A DNA stretch of 64,000 nucleotides from an uncultured Verrucomicrobiae bacterium (lineage in GTDB: Bacteria > Verrucomicrobiota > Verrucomicrobiia > Chthoniobacterales > UBA10450): positions 160,001 through 224,000 of the forward strand of contig CAVTMK010000001.1 of the NCBI GenBank assembly GCA_963735805.1, written 5' to 3'. Below the pieces are notes generated by a model, which saw nothing but the letters and a program-made list of their open reading frames with translations, was not told where the DNA came from and searched no databases. The position numbers and the translations under genes are program-made. Shown piece after piece: positions 50,277 through 62,740 of the stretch. Positions within the stretch are counted from its first letter, which is position 1; every line of letters begins with the position of its first letter.

Positions 50277-51386
50277 ATGGAAGAGGGAATAGAGAGACCG
50301 ATTTTTATAGTTGGATCGCCGCGGTCGGGAACAAGCGTTCTGACTTGGTGTCTGGGTAAGCACCCGAATATCATTCCGCTGGAGGAATCTGATTGGATGG
50401 GGGGGTTGGCGATTGATCTGGCGAGGTACTACCAAATCGGGAGTGCGCGCGGTCAATACTCGCTCTTGAGTTCGATGGGCTTGGGAAAAGCGGAATTTTT
50501 CGCTGTCTTTGGCAACACCATAAACAACTTGATCCTACGCCATCGGGTTGATCTTGAGAAAGAACGCTGGCGGCGCGCTGCTGGTCCGGCTCTTCCCATC
50601 GATTTATTCGTTTCAAAATATTACGCAAGAACGCGGTGGGTAGATGGCACGCCGGAATATGCCTTCCATATTTGTGGATTGCGGAAGCTCTTTCCGCAGG
50701 CGCAATTCATCCACATCTTTCGGGATGTGACTTCCGTGGTTCGCTCAATGCTACACTTCCATCAGCTTAGCGGACAAAGTCTGGTCGCCAATGTGCAGGA
50801 GGCGTACAGTTATTGGCTAAGAACTGTAAGCAACTGCTTGCTGGCTGAACAGGCTTACGGGCCGAACGTGGTCCTCCGCATACGGCATTCCGATCTCGTA
50901 GACGCTCCGGAAGCGACTTTGCGCTCCATTTTCAGCTTTGTCGGTGAACCGTTCGCACCGGAATGCCTGGAGCCACTCGCACAAAGGATTAATAGTTCCA
51001 ACGTTCCTGCTGATTTTCAGATTGATGACCGAGGAACCGATCCACGCCTCGTACATCAGGCAATGCAGCTTTGTCGCGAAGTCGAAAAGAGTTCGCAGCC
51101 CCTCGAGGCTTCGGCTGTGGCAATAGAAGAAATAGAGGCAGCTTTCGATGAACGGGTGCAGTTTGTAGCGAGTCTGCCGAAGGAATATCGTAGAGCGCAG
51201 CAATTAATTCTGGAGCAGCAAGACAAAAATCAACAAATCCACGCGCGGGCAGCGACACTGGCAACGGAGGTGAAGAAAAAGATCGCCATCATTGAGGATC
51301 TTCGCGGTGGGCGAAAGCATTCCAAATGGCTGCGTCTACTTTTGGGAGCTTTGCCAAAAGTTACCAACGACAAAGCAAAAGGATGA
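50277..51386 (+). CDS. Sulfotransferase paralog with C-terminal coiled coil
   Basis: PIFIVGSPRSGTS; HIFRD...VVRS. Confidence 0.88.
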   Translation: MEEGIERPIFIVGSPRSGTSVLTWCLGKHPNIIPLEESDWMGGLAIDLARYYQIGSARGQYSLLSSMGLGKAEFFAVFGNTINNLILRHRVDLEKERWRRAAGPALPIDLFVSKYYARTRWVDGTPEYAFHICGLRKLFPQAQFIHIFRDVTSVVRSMLHFHQLSGQSLVANVQEAYSYWLRTVSNCLLAEQAYGPNVVLRIRHSDLVDAPEATLRSIFSFVGEPFAPECLEPLAQRINSSNVPADFQIDDRGTDPRLVHQAMQLCREVEKSSQPLEASAVAIEEIEAAFDERVQFVASLPKEYRRAQQLILEQQDKNQQIHARAATLATEVKKKIAIIEDLRGGRKHSKWLRLLLGALPKVTNDKAKG

Positions 51387-51542
51387 GAGATGCTTATTCG
51401 AAGGAAGTAGACCTTGCCGAGATCTCGATGAAAGACGCTCATCCACCCTACCGACTTAGATTGGAGGACTTAGCGTTTTTTGCAAAAGGCTCGACCTTAA
51501 TGCCAGTTTCGTGTTTCCGCATGGCTCTGTGTTGAATCGAAA

Positions 51543-52649
51543 ATGAGAATACCTATCAAAACGGTTCTGCACCACACTAAGTTCGATAGGATCGTCGCTA
51601 ACTTACGTCGTCCCCCGCTCTTCGGAGTTTCTCTGACAGTTCTTGTTGTAACGTGTCTTTGTGCCGTCGGGATTGTGGGATACATTGACTACCTGACTGG
51701 ATACGAACGTCCGCTTCTTCTTTTTTATCTCTTGCCGATCTGGTTGGCCACATGGTTTGGATCCCTGCGTATCGGCTTGGGAATCGCAGTTCTCAGTGTC
51801 GCGGTATCCGTGTTGTCAGACGTTGCGGCCGGAATCCCTGCTCTCCGTTTCTGGAATGCAGGGATGGCTTTTGCGTCCTATGCGCTGTTTGCCGGGGTTC
51901 TCTCCAAGCTGCACACACTTTTGGAAGAGTTGGATCAACGCGTCCAGGAGCGAACGGCGGCCCTGCAACGCGAGATGAGCGAGCGACAGCGGCTTGACCA
52001 GGAAATCGCACAAGTAGCGGATCGCGAGCGACGACGATTAGGACAAGATCTTCACGACCGGTTGGGCCAACACCTTACCGGCACTGCTCTCGCCGCCCAA
52101 GTCTTAAAGGAGAAGCTCGCGGCAAAGGCCGCTCCCGAAGTAACGGAGGCGGATAAGCTCGTGAGCTATGTTGAAGAGGGCATCGATCTCACGCGCAACC
52201 TGGCACGCGGTTTCTTTTCGCCGGAACTAGAAGCAGACGGGCTAACTACAGCCTTGGAAGGCCTGGCCGAAAACATAAGCGAACGTTTCACGGTCAACTG
52301 CATTTTTCATGGAGAAGAATCTATTCCGGTCCATGATTCCGCTGTTGCAACCCAGCTCTATCGGATCGCTCAAGAAGCCGCTACAAACGCCGCGAAACAT
52401 GCCGCTGCGGAACAAGTCGATATTCGCGTTAGTGTAGACAATTCCGAACTTACCCTGGCAATTTCGGATGATGGAGTTGGTTTTCCAGGTAACCTCTCGG
52501 ATTCAAAAGGGCTTGGGCTGCGCCTGATGCGCCACGGCGCCGCGTTAATTGGCGGGACATTTAGTGTCCGGCGAAACGGTCAGCGCGGAACGATTGCAAT
52601 TTGTAAGGTAACTGTATCAAACCACAACGAGCTAAACCTCCTACAATGA
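51543..52649 (+). CDS. Membrane sensor histidine kinase (HisKA_3)
   Basis: TM helices; ERRRLGQDLHD.LGQ; QEA.TNA.KHA, DDGVG, GLGL..M. Confidence 0.93.
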   Translation: MRIPIKTVLHHTKFDRIVANLRRPPLFGVSLTVLVVTCLCAVGIVGYIDYLTGYERPLLLFYLLPIWLATWFGSLRIGLGIAVLSVAVSVLSDVAAGIPALRFWNAGMAFASYALFAGVLSKLHTLLEELDQRVQERTAALQREMSERQRLDQEIAQVADRERRRLGQDLHDRLGQHLTGTALAAQVLKEKLAAKAAPEVTEADKLVSYVEEGIDLTRNLARGFFSPELEADGLTTALEGLAENISERFTVNCIFHGEESIPVHDSAVATQLYRIAQEAATNAAKHAAAEQVDIRVSVDNSELTLAISDDGVGFPGNLSDSKGLGLRLMRHGAALIGGTFSVRRNGQRGTIAICKVTVSNHNELNLLQ

Positions 52650-53329
52650 GTTCAAATGCATCTGCGAACGCCCCGCGTAAACATCGGATCTTTCTTGTCG
52701 ACGATCATCCTCTAGTACGCGAGGGACTGACCAATCTGATTAATGAACAGAATGACATGATTGTCTGCGGTGAAGCAGAGGATTCCGCTGGAGCGATGAC
52801 AGGAATTCCAAAAACACGACCTGATGTCGTCCTTGTGGACATTTCGTTGAAGAATGAATCTGGCTTGGAGTTGGTCAAGAACCTGGAGAGTCAATTCCCA
52901 CTGGTCGCTCTGATCGTGCTTTCCATGCATGATGAAGCCCTTTACGCTGAGCGCGCGTTGCGCGCCGGCGCGCGGGGTTACGTCATGAAACGAGAGAGTA
53001 CAAAGAGCGTCCTCGCGTCCATTCGCCGAGTATTGGAAGGCGGCGTTTATGTTAGCGAAAGGGTCGTTAACAGTATGGCTCGTCGTTTTAGTTCGTCGTC
53101 TAAGGGAGCCGAGAGTTCTCCGGTGGAACGTCTAAGCGATCGTGAGCTGGAAATATTCCGACTCCTGGGGCAGGGACGCACTACCGCGCAGATTGCCGAG
53201 GATTTGCATTTGAGTTTGAAAACCGTGCAGGCTTACTGTGCTCGCGCGAAGGAAAAATTCGGTGTTAGCTCTCTAGGCGAACTGCTCCGTGCGGCAATTC
53301 GCTGGGAAGATGCGACCCATCTAAAGTAA
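52646..53329 (+). CDS. NarL/FixJ-family response regulator
   Basis: LVDDHPLVREG, VDIS, LSMH, LSDRELE LuxR HTH. Confidence 0.95.
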   Translation: MSSNASANAPRKHRIFLVDDHPLVREGLTNLINEQNDMIVCGEAEDSAGAMTGIPKTRPDVVLVDISLKNESGLELVKNLESQFPLVALIVLSMHDEALYAERALRAGARGYVMKRESTKSVLASIRRVLEGGVYVSERVVNSMARRFSSSSKGAESSPVERLSDRELEIFRLLGQGRTTAQIAEDLHLSLKTVQAYCARAKEKFGVSSLGELLRAAIRWEDATHLK

Positions 53330-53362
53330 TCTGCTGCTCCTCACCGGGCGAGAATTCAGTCC

Positions 53363-53379
53363 GTAGGATTCAATCCTAC
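53363..53379. promoter_or_regulatory. Perfect 8-1-8 palindrome, candidate regulator site
   Basis: GTAGGATT-C-AATCCTAC between the response regulator and the next gene. Confidence 0.45.
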
Positions 53380-53438
53380 AAAAAGACGCGGTAGCGCCCG
53401 TCTGTTAGATTGCACAGTCCTGCGCGAGTGTTTCCGCC

Positions 53439-54617
53439 GTGAAACTGCTAGCACCTGGCCTGCCTCAAAAGGCCTCAAAGATTTCTGAAGCGCTGAACAG
53501 GTTTTTCGCCGAACCCACCCCTTTGCCGCGCCTCTCCAAGGAATCTGACAAGCCGGTCCTCAGATCAAGCAATACACAAGAGGGAAGATCATCATTGCGC
53601 GAGCTTGCCCGTGCTAAAGAGCAGGAGCTTTGGAAGACCAAGTTCGCATATCGCCCCAAAACATTTTGGTACCCGTATCCCACTCTGCGAAATATTTCTG
53701 TATTGGAGCAACTCCTGTCCGGGGTCGGACTTAACTTGCTCGAACTCTGCCGAGGCGAGTATGGCAGGATTGCGGACATCGGCGCCGCCGATGGAGATCT
53801 CGCCTTTTTTTTGGAGGAATTGGGATTCACAGTAGATGTCGTCGACAACGAGTACACAAATTTCAATAAGCTAGAGGGAGCGCGAATACTTAAGAAGGCA
53901 TTAAACTCATCGGCCGCTATCCGTTCGATCGATTTGGACTCGCGGAACCATCTCTTTCCTGAACGGTACGACGCTGCATTTTTCCTCGGCGTTCTCTATC
54001 ACTTAAAAAACCCTTTCTCCATTCTCGAACGACTGGCTCACGTAGCGAGATATTGTTTTCTAAGCACCCGGATCGCCCGACAAACCGCCGACGGTTTAGC
54101 TCTGTCAAAACACCCCCTTGCGTACTTACTGGGCCCAGAGGAATGCAACAACGACAGCACGAACTTCTGGATCTTCACAGATGAAGGGCTCAAGCGACTG
54201 CTTCACCGGACGGGTTGGAATATATTGGCATTCACGACAATTGGCGATACGAGCGGCTCGATGCCGGCTGACCCAAATCATGATGAACGCGCCATCTGCA
54301 TTTTGAAAAGCGACGCCGTATTCGAACTCAGTGCCGCTCCAAATCCTGTGCCTGTCGGTGAAAAGAGGGGAAGCACCAAGGTTCGGTGGAGCACGCCTGA
54401 TGCATGCCCTGGCAAAGTCTACGTCTCGATTAACGGACAAGAAGAGTTTCTGTTTGCAGGAGGACACAAGGGCGTTGCCACAGCCGACTGGATCGAAGCG
54501 GGACGCACCTATGAATTCCGTCTTTACGATTCAGATCGCACTCGCCTGCTCGACGAAATCAGCGTCACGACAACGGCAGAAAAAGCGCAAACCTTCGGCC
54601 GGCAGGTTCCTCTTTGA
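53439..54617 (+). CDS. SAM methyltransferase with C-terminal beta-rich domain
   Basis: IADIGAADG, GVLYHLKNP; C-terminal APNPV...YEFRLY domain. Confidence 0.82.
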   Translation: MKLLAPGLPQKASKISEALNRFFAEPTPLPRLSKESDKPVLRSSNTQEGRSSLRELARAKEQELWKTKFAYRPKTFWYPYPTLRNISVLEQLLSGVGLNLLELCRGEYGRIADIGAADGDLAFFLEELGFTVDVVDNEYTNFNKLEGARILKKALNSSAAIRSIDLDSRNHLFPERYDAAFFLGVLYHLKNPFSILERLAHVARYCFLSTRIARQTADGLALSKHPLAYLLGPEECNNDSTNFWIFTDEGLKRLLHRTGWNILAFTTIGDTSGSMPADPNHDERAICILKSDAVFELSAAPNPVPVGEKRGSTKVRWSTPDACPGKVYVSINGQEEFLFAGGHKGVATADWIEAGRTYEFRLYDSDRTRLLDEISVTTTAEKAQTFGRQVPL

Positions 54618-54736
54618 ATGCGCATCGAATTCTGCGGTGAACTCATCGCGATTGGCTTTTTCCTTGTTGCTTCCGAAGAATTAAACTACTGAACCTGAAA
54701 CAATTGCGTTTTTGGCAAAAAATTAAACAGATTGCC

Positions 54737-54764
54737 TTGACGTGCCACGCATTTCGCGTAAGCT
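54737..54764 (+). promoter_or_regulatory. Promoter of 23S-5S unit
   Basis: TTGACG-16 nt-TAAGCT with A/T-rich upstream tract; boxA-like GTTCTTTGA at 54948-54956. Confidence 0.65.
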
Positions 54765-55092
54765 ACTGATCCCGCTGGAAGCGGGCCTCCTTTAACTTGG
54801 AGTGCGTTCTATGTACATTTTGGGACTGCAAATTGGGCTCAATTTTGTCCCGGCAACGAAAACGGTAATCCGCCCACGGCGGTTAAGCTGTGATTTTTGT
54901 CGGCACGAGATTGAGTTTTTTTGTGGTCAAAATGTGATAAACGGCTGGTTCTTTGACATCTACATACAGGGTAGTAAGAAATACAACTTTAAGAGCTGAG
55001 TCTGAAAATGCTGCAGTTGTCGGTCGCTGACCGCGGCTGCAGGAGAGTTTCAGTTATCAACGAATCTCTGGCCACGCAGGCCAGAACAGATT

Positions 55093-58078
<2,986 letters not shown>

Positions 58079-58357
58079 TTTACTTTTCTGTTAACCCGTC
58101 CCGCGCTTTGCGGGACGGCAAACAGAAGAGAAGAAGATCTCTAAACAAAACGAAGCTCAGATGTTGTAGCCGCGGTCGTTGACCGCGGAATTTTCCAAAA
58201 ACCTGTATGTAGATGCCAGCGGACCAGTTGCCGGTTGAGAGTTCTTTGAAAACGGAATCGTGAAGCGAGAATCGTGAATCGGAAGGTGTTTTCCGTTAAC
58301 GATTTAACGCATTTCGAATCACGCACCAGACCCGAGCAGCGCAAGCCGCTCCTCGGG

Positions 58358-58473
58358 TCTGGTGACCCTAGCGCAGTGGCACCACCCGTTCCCATTTCGA
58401 ACACGGCAGTGAAACGCTGCAGCCCCGATGGTAGTACGGCGATAGGCCGTGCGAGAGTAGGACGTCGCCAGAA
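58358..58473 (+). rRNA. rrf: 5S rRNA
   Basis: TCTGGTGAC/GTCGCCAGA helix I; CCCATTTCGAACAC, CGATGGTAGT, GAGAGTAGG. Confidence 0.97.
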
Positions 58474-58474
58474 C

Positions 58475-58517
58475 AAAATGCCCAGCACGTCGTCAGATGT
58501 GCTGGGCGTTTTGTTTT
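58475..58517 (+). terminator. Intrinsic terminator after 5S
   Basis: aaaatgcccagcacgtc / gatgtgctgggcgtttt stem followed by T tract. Confidence 0.85.
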
Positions 58518-58646
58518 ACGTCGCCCACTGAACAGAGAATGGAGCAAACTGGGAAGTTGCGATAAACATTGGCAAGCCGAGAGACCGAGGCGGATGGACG
58601 ATCCATCCCGCGCAGGTCGCAGATGAGCCTACGGGAATTGTGCGAA

Positions 58647-60344
58647 TCAATTCAAGCCAAGAATCTGACGAAGACTTGCCTCATCGAGCCCACTGACCAG
58701 CATTTTTGCGGCGCGTCCTCTTAACGATACTTGCGTTATTGTCGCCGACGCATGCAGTCCCGCTGCCCGCAATGTCTCCGCTGATACAACTAATGGAGTC
58801 CCCAATTCCTTGGCCGTCCGTTCCAGTCGCGCAGCAGTGTTTACCGAATCGCCTACCGCAGAGATGATTGGAGTCTTCGGCGGCCCCATTCGGCCGACGA
58901 TCGCCTGGCCTGTGTGAATGCCAATGCCGATTGCAATCGGCACTTCCAATTCAGCGGCAAGCCGTTCGTTCAAGCCATCGAGACTCTCGAACATTCCTAG
59001 CGCACAACGCAGAGCAGCTCTGGCACTTGCCGCCCGGTCTCCATCAAGTCCGAACAAGGCCATCAACCCGTCGCCGGTAAAATTGGAATAATATCCGCCG
59101 GCTTTTTCTACTGCCTCTGCCAGCGCCGCGAACAAGGAATTCAGCAGGAATACGACGTCATATGGCAATCGTCTTTCTGCTAATGCAGTAGAGCCCCGAA
59201 TATCAACAAATAAAATGGTAACCTCTCGTTCCTCACCAAATTCCTGACCAGCTTCGGTATACGTCGCCGCGACGACGCTCGGATGCAGGAGCGGTTGCAC
59301 TGTCAGATCCACTTCCGGCCGCAACTGACACGCAAGGCGCACATTATCTGGCGCACCAATACGCCGAAGAGCAACCGCTTCCAGTTCATTCGCTTCAGGT
59401 AATTCTCCAGCTGCGCTCGCAATTTGTACTCGACAAGTCGTGCATCGCGCGCGGCCTCCGCAAACCGACATATGGGCACGTCGCGTCATTCGACTTACCT
59501 CAAGCACCGACATGCCTTTCGGTGCTTCGACAGTTACGGCATCTGGGTAAGTTACTTTGAACCGGGCGTGTCGCTCTCGCCAATTACGAATCTGGGCGAT
59601 GGAAAAGACCAATCCGACCACGGCGATCCATGACGGCCCGACCCAATCCTTCAGCGCCGCACGCAACTCGGCCCGGTGCGGATCCGCTGGCACTCCGTGT
59701 GCCTTCATCGCCCGCATCCATTGCGGATCGCTTCGTGCGTGCGCCGTCATTGTCATCCCAACTTCTGCAAATCCAAGCAGGGCCGCCGTCGGGATCAGCA
59801 CGAAAGCGAGAAGCATGGCTGGAAAAGCACGGCGATACCAACTGTGGAGTCGCCACCAAAAATGCAACCCGACGGCAAAATGTCCCCACACCAATAATAC
59901 AAGCGCGATTTGCCGAAACCGTGTCCAGGGGTCGACCCAGAGATTGGCAATTTCATAGGTATAATCGATATCGATACCGGTAAGAATACGTGTGCCTCTG
60001 GTGTTTATGATGTGGACGAGTAACAGGTAGGGAATAATCAGCCCTAGCAGGATCTGGATTGCTTCCCACGCAGGCATGTAATAGTGGCGGCGCCGATATA
60101 ATATCAGGAGCGCGATTGCAGCATGAGTGATCAGACTGCCATACAACAGCACCTGGCCAGGCGGCGAATGCCACAGCGCCATTACCCATGGCCGGACTGC
60201 CTCTTGTGCATGCACGGAAATCAAACCCAGCGCATGGTTCGATAGATGCATCGTGACGTACAGCCCGATGATAAGACCGGTCACCATACGCAGATCGGCG
60301 ATCGTGAGTTTTCGGATCGATTTCACGTCTCGATGACTTCCCAT
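58647..60344 (-). CDS. Membrane adenylate/guanylate cyclase with 2Fe-2S domain (CyaC-like)
   Basis: TM region with His; CGGRARCTTC...RLACQ; FVDIRG.T, GDGLMALFG, GD.VNTAARLE. Start uncertain. Confidence 0.9.
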   Translation of the reverse strand: MGSHRDVKSIRKLTIADLRMVTGLIIGLYVTMHLSNHALGLISVHAQEAVRPWVMALWHSPPGQVLLYGSLITHAAIALLILYRRRHYYMPAWEAIQILLGLIIPYLLLVHIINTRGTRILTGIDIDYTYEIANLWVDPWTRFRQIALVLLVWGHFAVGLHFWWRLHSWYRRAFPAMLLAFVLIPTAALLGFAEVGMTMTAHARSDPQWMRAMKAHGVPADPHRAELRAALKDWVGPSWIAVVGLVFSIAQIRNWRERHARFKVTYPDAVTVEAPKGMSVLEVSRMTRRAHMSVCGGRARCTTCRVQIASAAGELPEANELEAVALRRIGAPDNVRLACQLRPEVDLTVQPLLHPSVVAATYTEAGQEFGEEREVTILFVDIRGSTALAERRLPYDVVFLLNSLFAALAEAVEKAGGYYSNFTGDGLMALFGLDGDRAASARAALRCALGMFESLDGLNERLAAELEVPIAIGIGIHTGQAIVGRMGPPKTPIISAVGDSVNTAARLERTAKELGTPLVVSAETLRAAGLHASATITQVSLRGRAAKMLVSGLDEASLRQILGLN

Positions 60345-60528
60345 TGAACCAAACAAACCCACTTGTCTCCAAAGTAAAGGCGCGGGCGGGCCAGAATCGA
60401 AGCAGTTACTGCGCGAAATTACCGGAACGTTTCGAAGTGAGAAAATTGGCCGTGATTCAAAGAAAGGTGGAAATGAAAAGTAATGAGCCAGTCGAAAGGG
60501 GCTTGGTACCGGTCATCGGCTTGGTTCT

Positions 60529-60741
60529 TCAATCTAATTTCGCGTACTCGTATCGATCTTTAATCAAATTCCAAAACGTTCCCGCCGAGTCCGCTTTCAA
60601 GAGTGCCTGATAAACAAACTCAGGCACGTGCATGTAACGATATGAATGTCCCTCGCGAAACTCGACATCCAGTGTGCGATTCGTCTCGTCATATGTGACT
60701 GCTTCGATTGCGGAAGAGCCGAGTGTGATCCGTTGTGTCAT
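60529..60741 (-). CDS. KTSC-domain protein
   Basis: SSAI..V.YD, L.VEF.G..YRY..VP, SAG.F. Confidence 0.9.
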   Translation of the reverse strand: MTQRITLGSSAIEAVTYDETNRTLDVEFREGHSYRYMHVPEFVYQALLKADSAGTFWNLIKDRYEYAKLD

Positions 60742-60805
60742 TCGCCTTATTGAACGTCAAGCGTTCATGCGCTAAGACAAGAATTACATTAATCGAAAGG
60801 TTCCT

Positions 60806-61318
60806 ATGCTCACAAGTCAGAAGGTTATTGACGCTGTTAACGAACAGATCGGCTACGAATTCAGCGCGGAGTTACAGTATTACGCTATAGCGGCGCATTT
60901 TGCAGCCGAGGCGTTGCCGCAACTCTCGCAGCATTTTTTTCGGCAGGCCGAAGAGGAAAAAGGACACGCACTGCGGTTCATCAAATACGTGGTCGACGCC
61001 GGCGGTCGCGTGATGATTCCAGCGATCGACGCGCCTAAATCGAAATTCAAGACGCCGCGGGACGCTGTGAAGCTTTCGCTCGACCAGGAGATTCATGTCA
61101 CCAATCAAATCAATGGTCTAGTGGAACTCGCACGAAAGCAGAACGACTACATCACAATCAATTTTCTACAGTGGTTTCTGACAGAACAGCTCGAGGAAGT
61201 TTCATCGATGGATAATCTGCTCAAGATCGTTGATCGCGCCGGGACCGATCTCTTGCAAGCTGACGAATACCTGGCTCGGGTTGGCATCAGAACAATGCCG
61301 CAGCCGCCGAAAGAATAG
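60806..61318 (+). CDS. Ferritin
   Basis: NEQIG.E, EEE.GHA, FLQWF..EQ.EE. Confidence 0.92.
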   Translation: MLTSQKVIDAVNEQIGYEFSAELQYYAIAAHFAAEALPQLSQHFFRQAEEEKGHALRFIKYVVDAGGRVMIPAIDAPKSKFKTPRDAVKLSLDQEIHVTNQINGLVELARKQNDYITINFLQWFLTEQLEEVSSMDNLLKIVDRAGTDLLQADEYLARVGIRTMPQPPKE

Positions 61319-61398
61319 CAACGTGGCGGTCCAAGCCGGTCTGGCATAGCGTCCATTCTGCGGCTCACACAGCCGCCGCTGCAAGGCGGAACGCTGGT

Positions 61399-62163
61399 AT
61401 GACGTTCAAGGATCATTTTTCGAGGCAGGTAGACGACTACGCGATCTTTCGACCAGGTTATCCGCGGGAGCTTTTCGATTATCTAGGGACCATCGCCCCC
61501 GGTCATCAGCTCGCGTGGGATTGCGGCACAGGAAACGGGCAAGCTGCCATAGGATTAGCGGCGGTGTTCGATCGCGTGATTGCGACTGACGCGAGTCAGA
61601 GACAAATCTCAAACGCTCAGCCACACGAGAAAGTGGAATACCGGGTCGCGTCTGCAGAAAACAGTGGCATCCACTCGGGGACGCTTGATCTGACTATGGT
61701 CGCTCAGGCGTTGCATTGGTTTGATCTGGACCGCTTTTACGGGGAGGCGCGGCGAGTGTTGAAACCAAATGGCGTTCTCGCCGCGTCGGCTTACAACTTG
61801 TTGCACGTCGAACCGGCAATCGACGAGGTTGTAAACCGATACTATTTCGAGGTGGTCGGACCATTCTGGCCGCCGGAGCGCAAGCTCGTTGAACAGTTCG
61901 CAGATCTTCCCTTCCCGTTTCGAGAGATTGATCCGCCAAAATTCGAGATGACGGCGGAATGGAATCTCAATCACCTACTCGGGTACGTTCGAACGTGGTC
62001 TTCGACACAGCGCTTCATCGCGGATAAGGGCCGCGACCCTTTGGAGCAAATAACAGATGACCTTCGCAACGCCTGGGACGATCCTCAGCGGACGCGAAAA
62101 ATTGTGTGGCCACTGATCTTGCGCGTTGGCGTAAATGAAAATGTCGGAATCGTGCGCGCCTGA
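61399..62163 (+). CDS. SAM methyltransferase
   Basis: FRP.YP, AWDCGTGNGQ, AQALHWFD. Confidence 0.92.
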   Translation: MTFKDHFSRQVDDYAIFRPGYPRELFDYLGTIAPGHQLAWDCGTGNGQAAIGLAAVFDRVIATDASQRQISNAQPHEKVEYRVASAENSGIHSGTLDLTMVAQALHWFDLDRFYGEARRVLKPNGVLAASAYNLLHVEPAIDEVVNRYYFEVVGPFWPPERKLVEQFADLPFPFREIDPPKFEMTAEWNLNHLLGYVRTWSSTQRFIADKGRDPLEQITDDLRNAWDDPQRTRKIVWPLILRVGVNENVGIVRA

Positions 62164-62305
62164 CACAAACGCCCAAAACTCGATGTTCAGCATCAGACGA
62201 TGCCCAAGCCATCGCCAACGACCAAGGCTAGAGCAGTCCGGACGATACCGGATCCCGCGCAAAAACGCTTGAATAGAAGGGATCGGAAGCGGTCTAATCG
62301 TCACT

Positions 62306-62623
62306 ATGCATATGAAAACAGCGTTTAGCTTATTGGCAGCAGCGAGTCTCGCGCTCAGCAGCGCGGTTCTTGGCGCAGGGTCGAAGACTTATCAAGTCAC
62401 AGGGCCAGTTCTCGAAGTTACCGATTCAATGATTGCGGTCCAGAAAGGCAAAGACCGTTGGGAAATCAATCGCGACGCGAATACTAAGGTTACGGGCGAT
62501 CTAAAGGTAGGTGAGAAAGTGACCATCACGTACACAATGTCAGCCACGGACGTTGAAGTGAAGGCAGGGAAGGGCGCAAAGAAAGAAGGCGCCAGTCCGG
62601 CCGGTGCGACTAAGAAAAAATAA
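62306..62623 (+). CDS. Small secreted beta-barrel-like protein
   Basis: Signal peptide; TYQVTGPV...GDLKVGEKVTITY. Confidence 0.75.
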   Translation: MHMKTAFSLLAAASLALSSAVLGAGSKTYQVTGPVLEVTDSMIAVQKGKDRWEINRDANTKVTGDLKVGEKVTITYTMSATDVEVKAGKGAKKEGASPAGATKKK

Positions 62624-62740
62624 CAAGCACAGTTCACAATCGCCGGATGCGTAAAGCGTGCCCGGCGATTCTTTCTGTTGCAACGGCGCTTGTGCCAGCG
62701 CCGAGGCAAGAGCACGCGCTTTGTGCAAGCGACTCCACAA

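Noticed and set aside
51326..51535. 69-aa ORF before the histidine kinase
   Set aside because: Overlaps the sulfotransferase end; no supporting features.
54618..55092. tRNA-Ile/Ala or 16S 3' end before the 23S
   Set aside because: No TTCRA T-loop cloverleaf and no 16S terminal GGATCACCTCC helix context.
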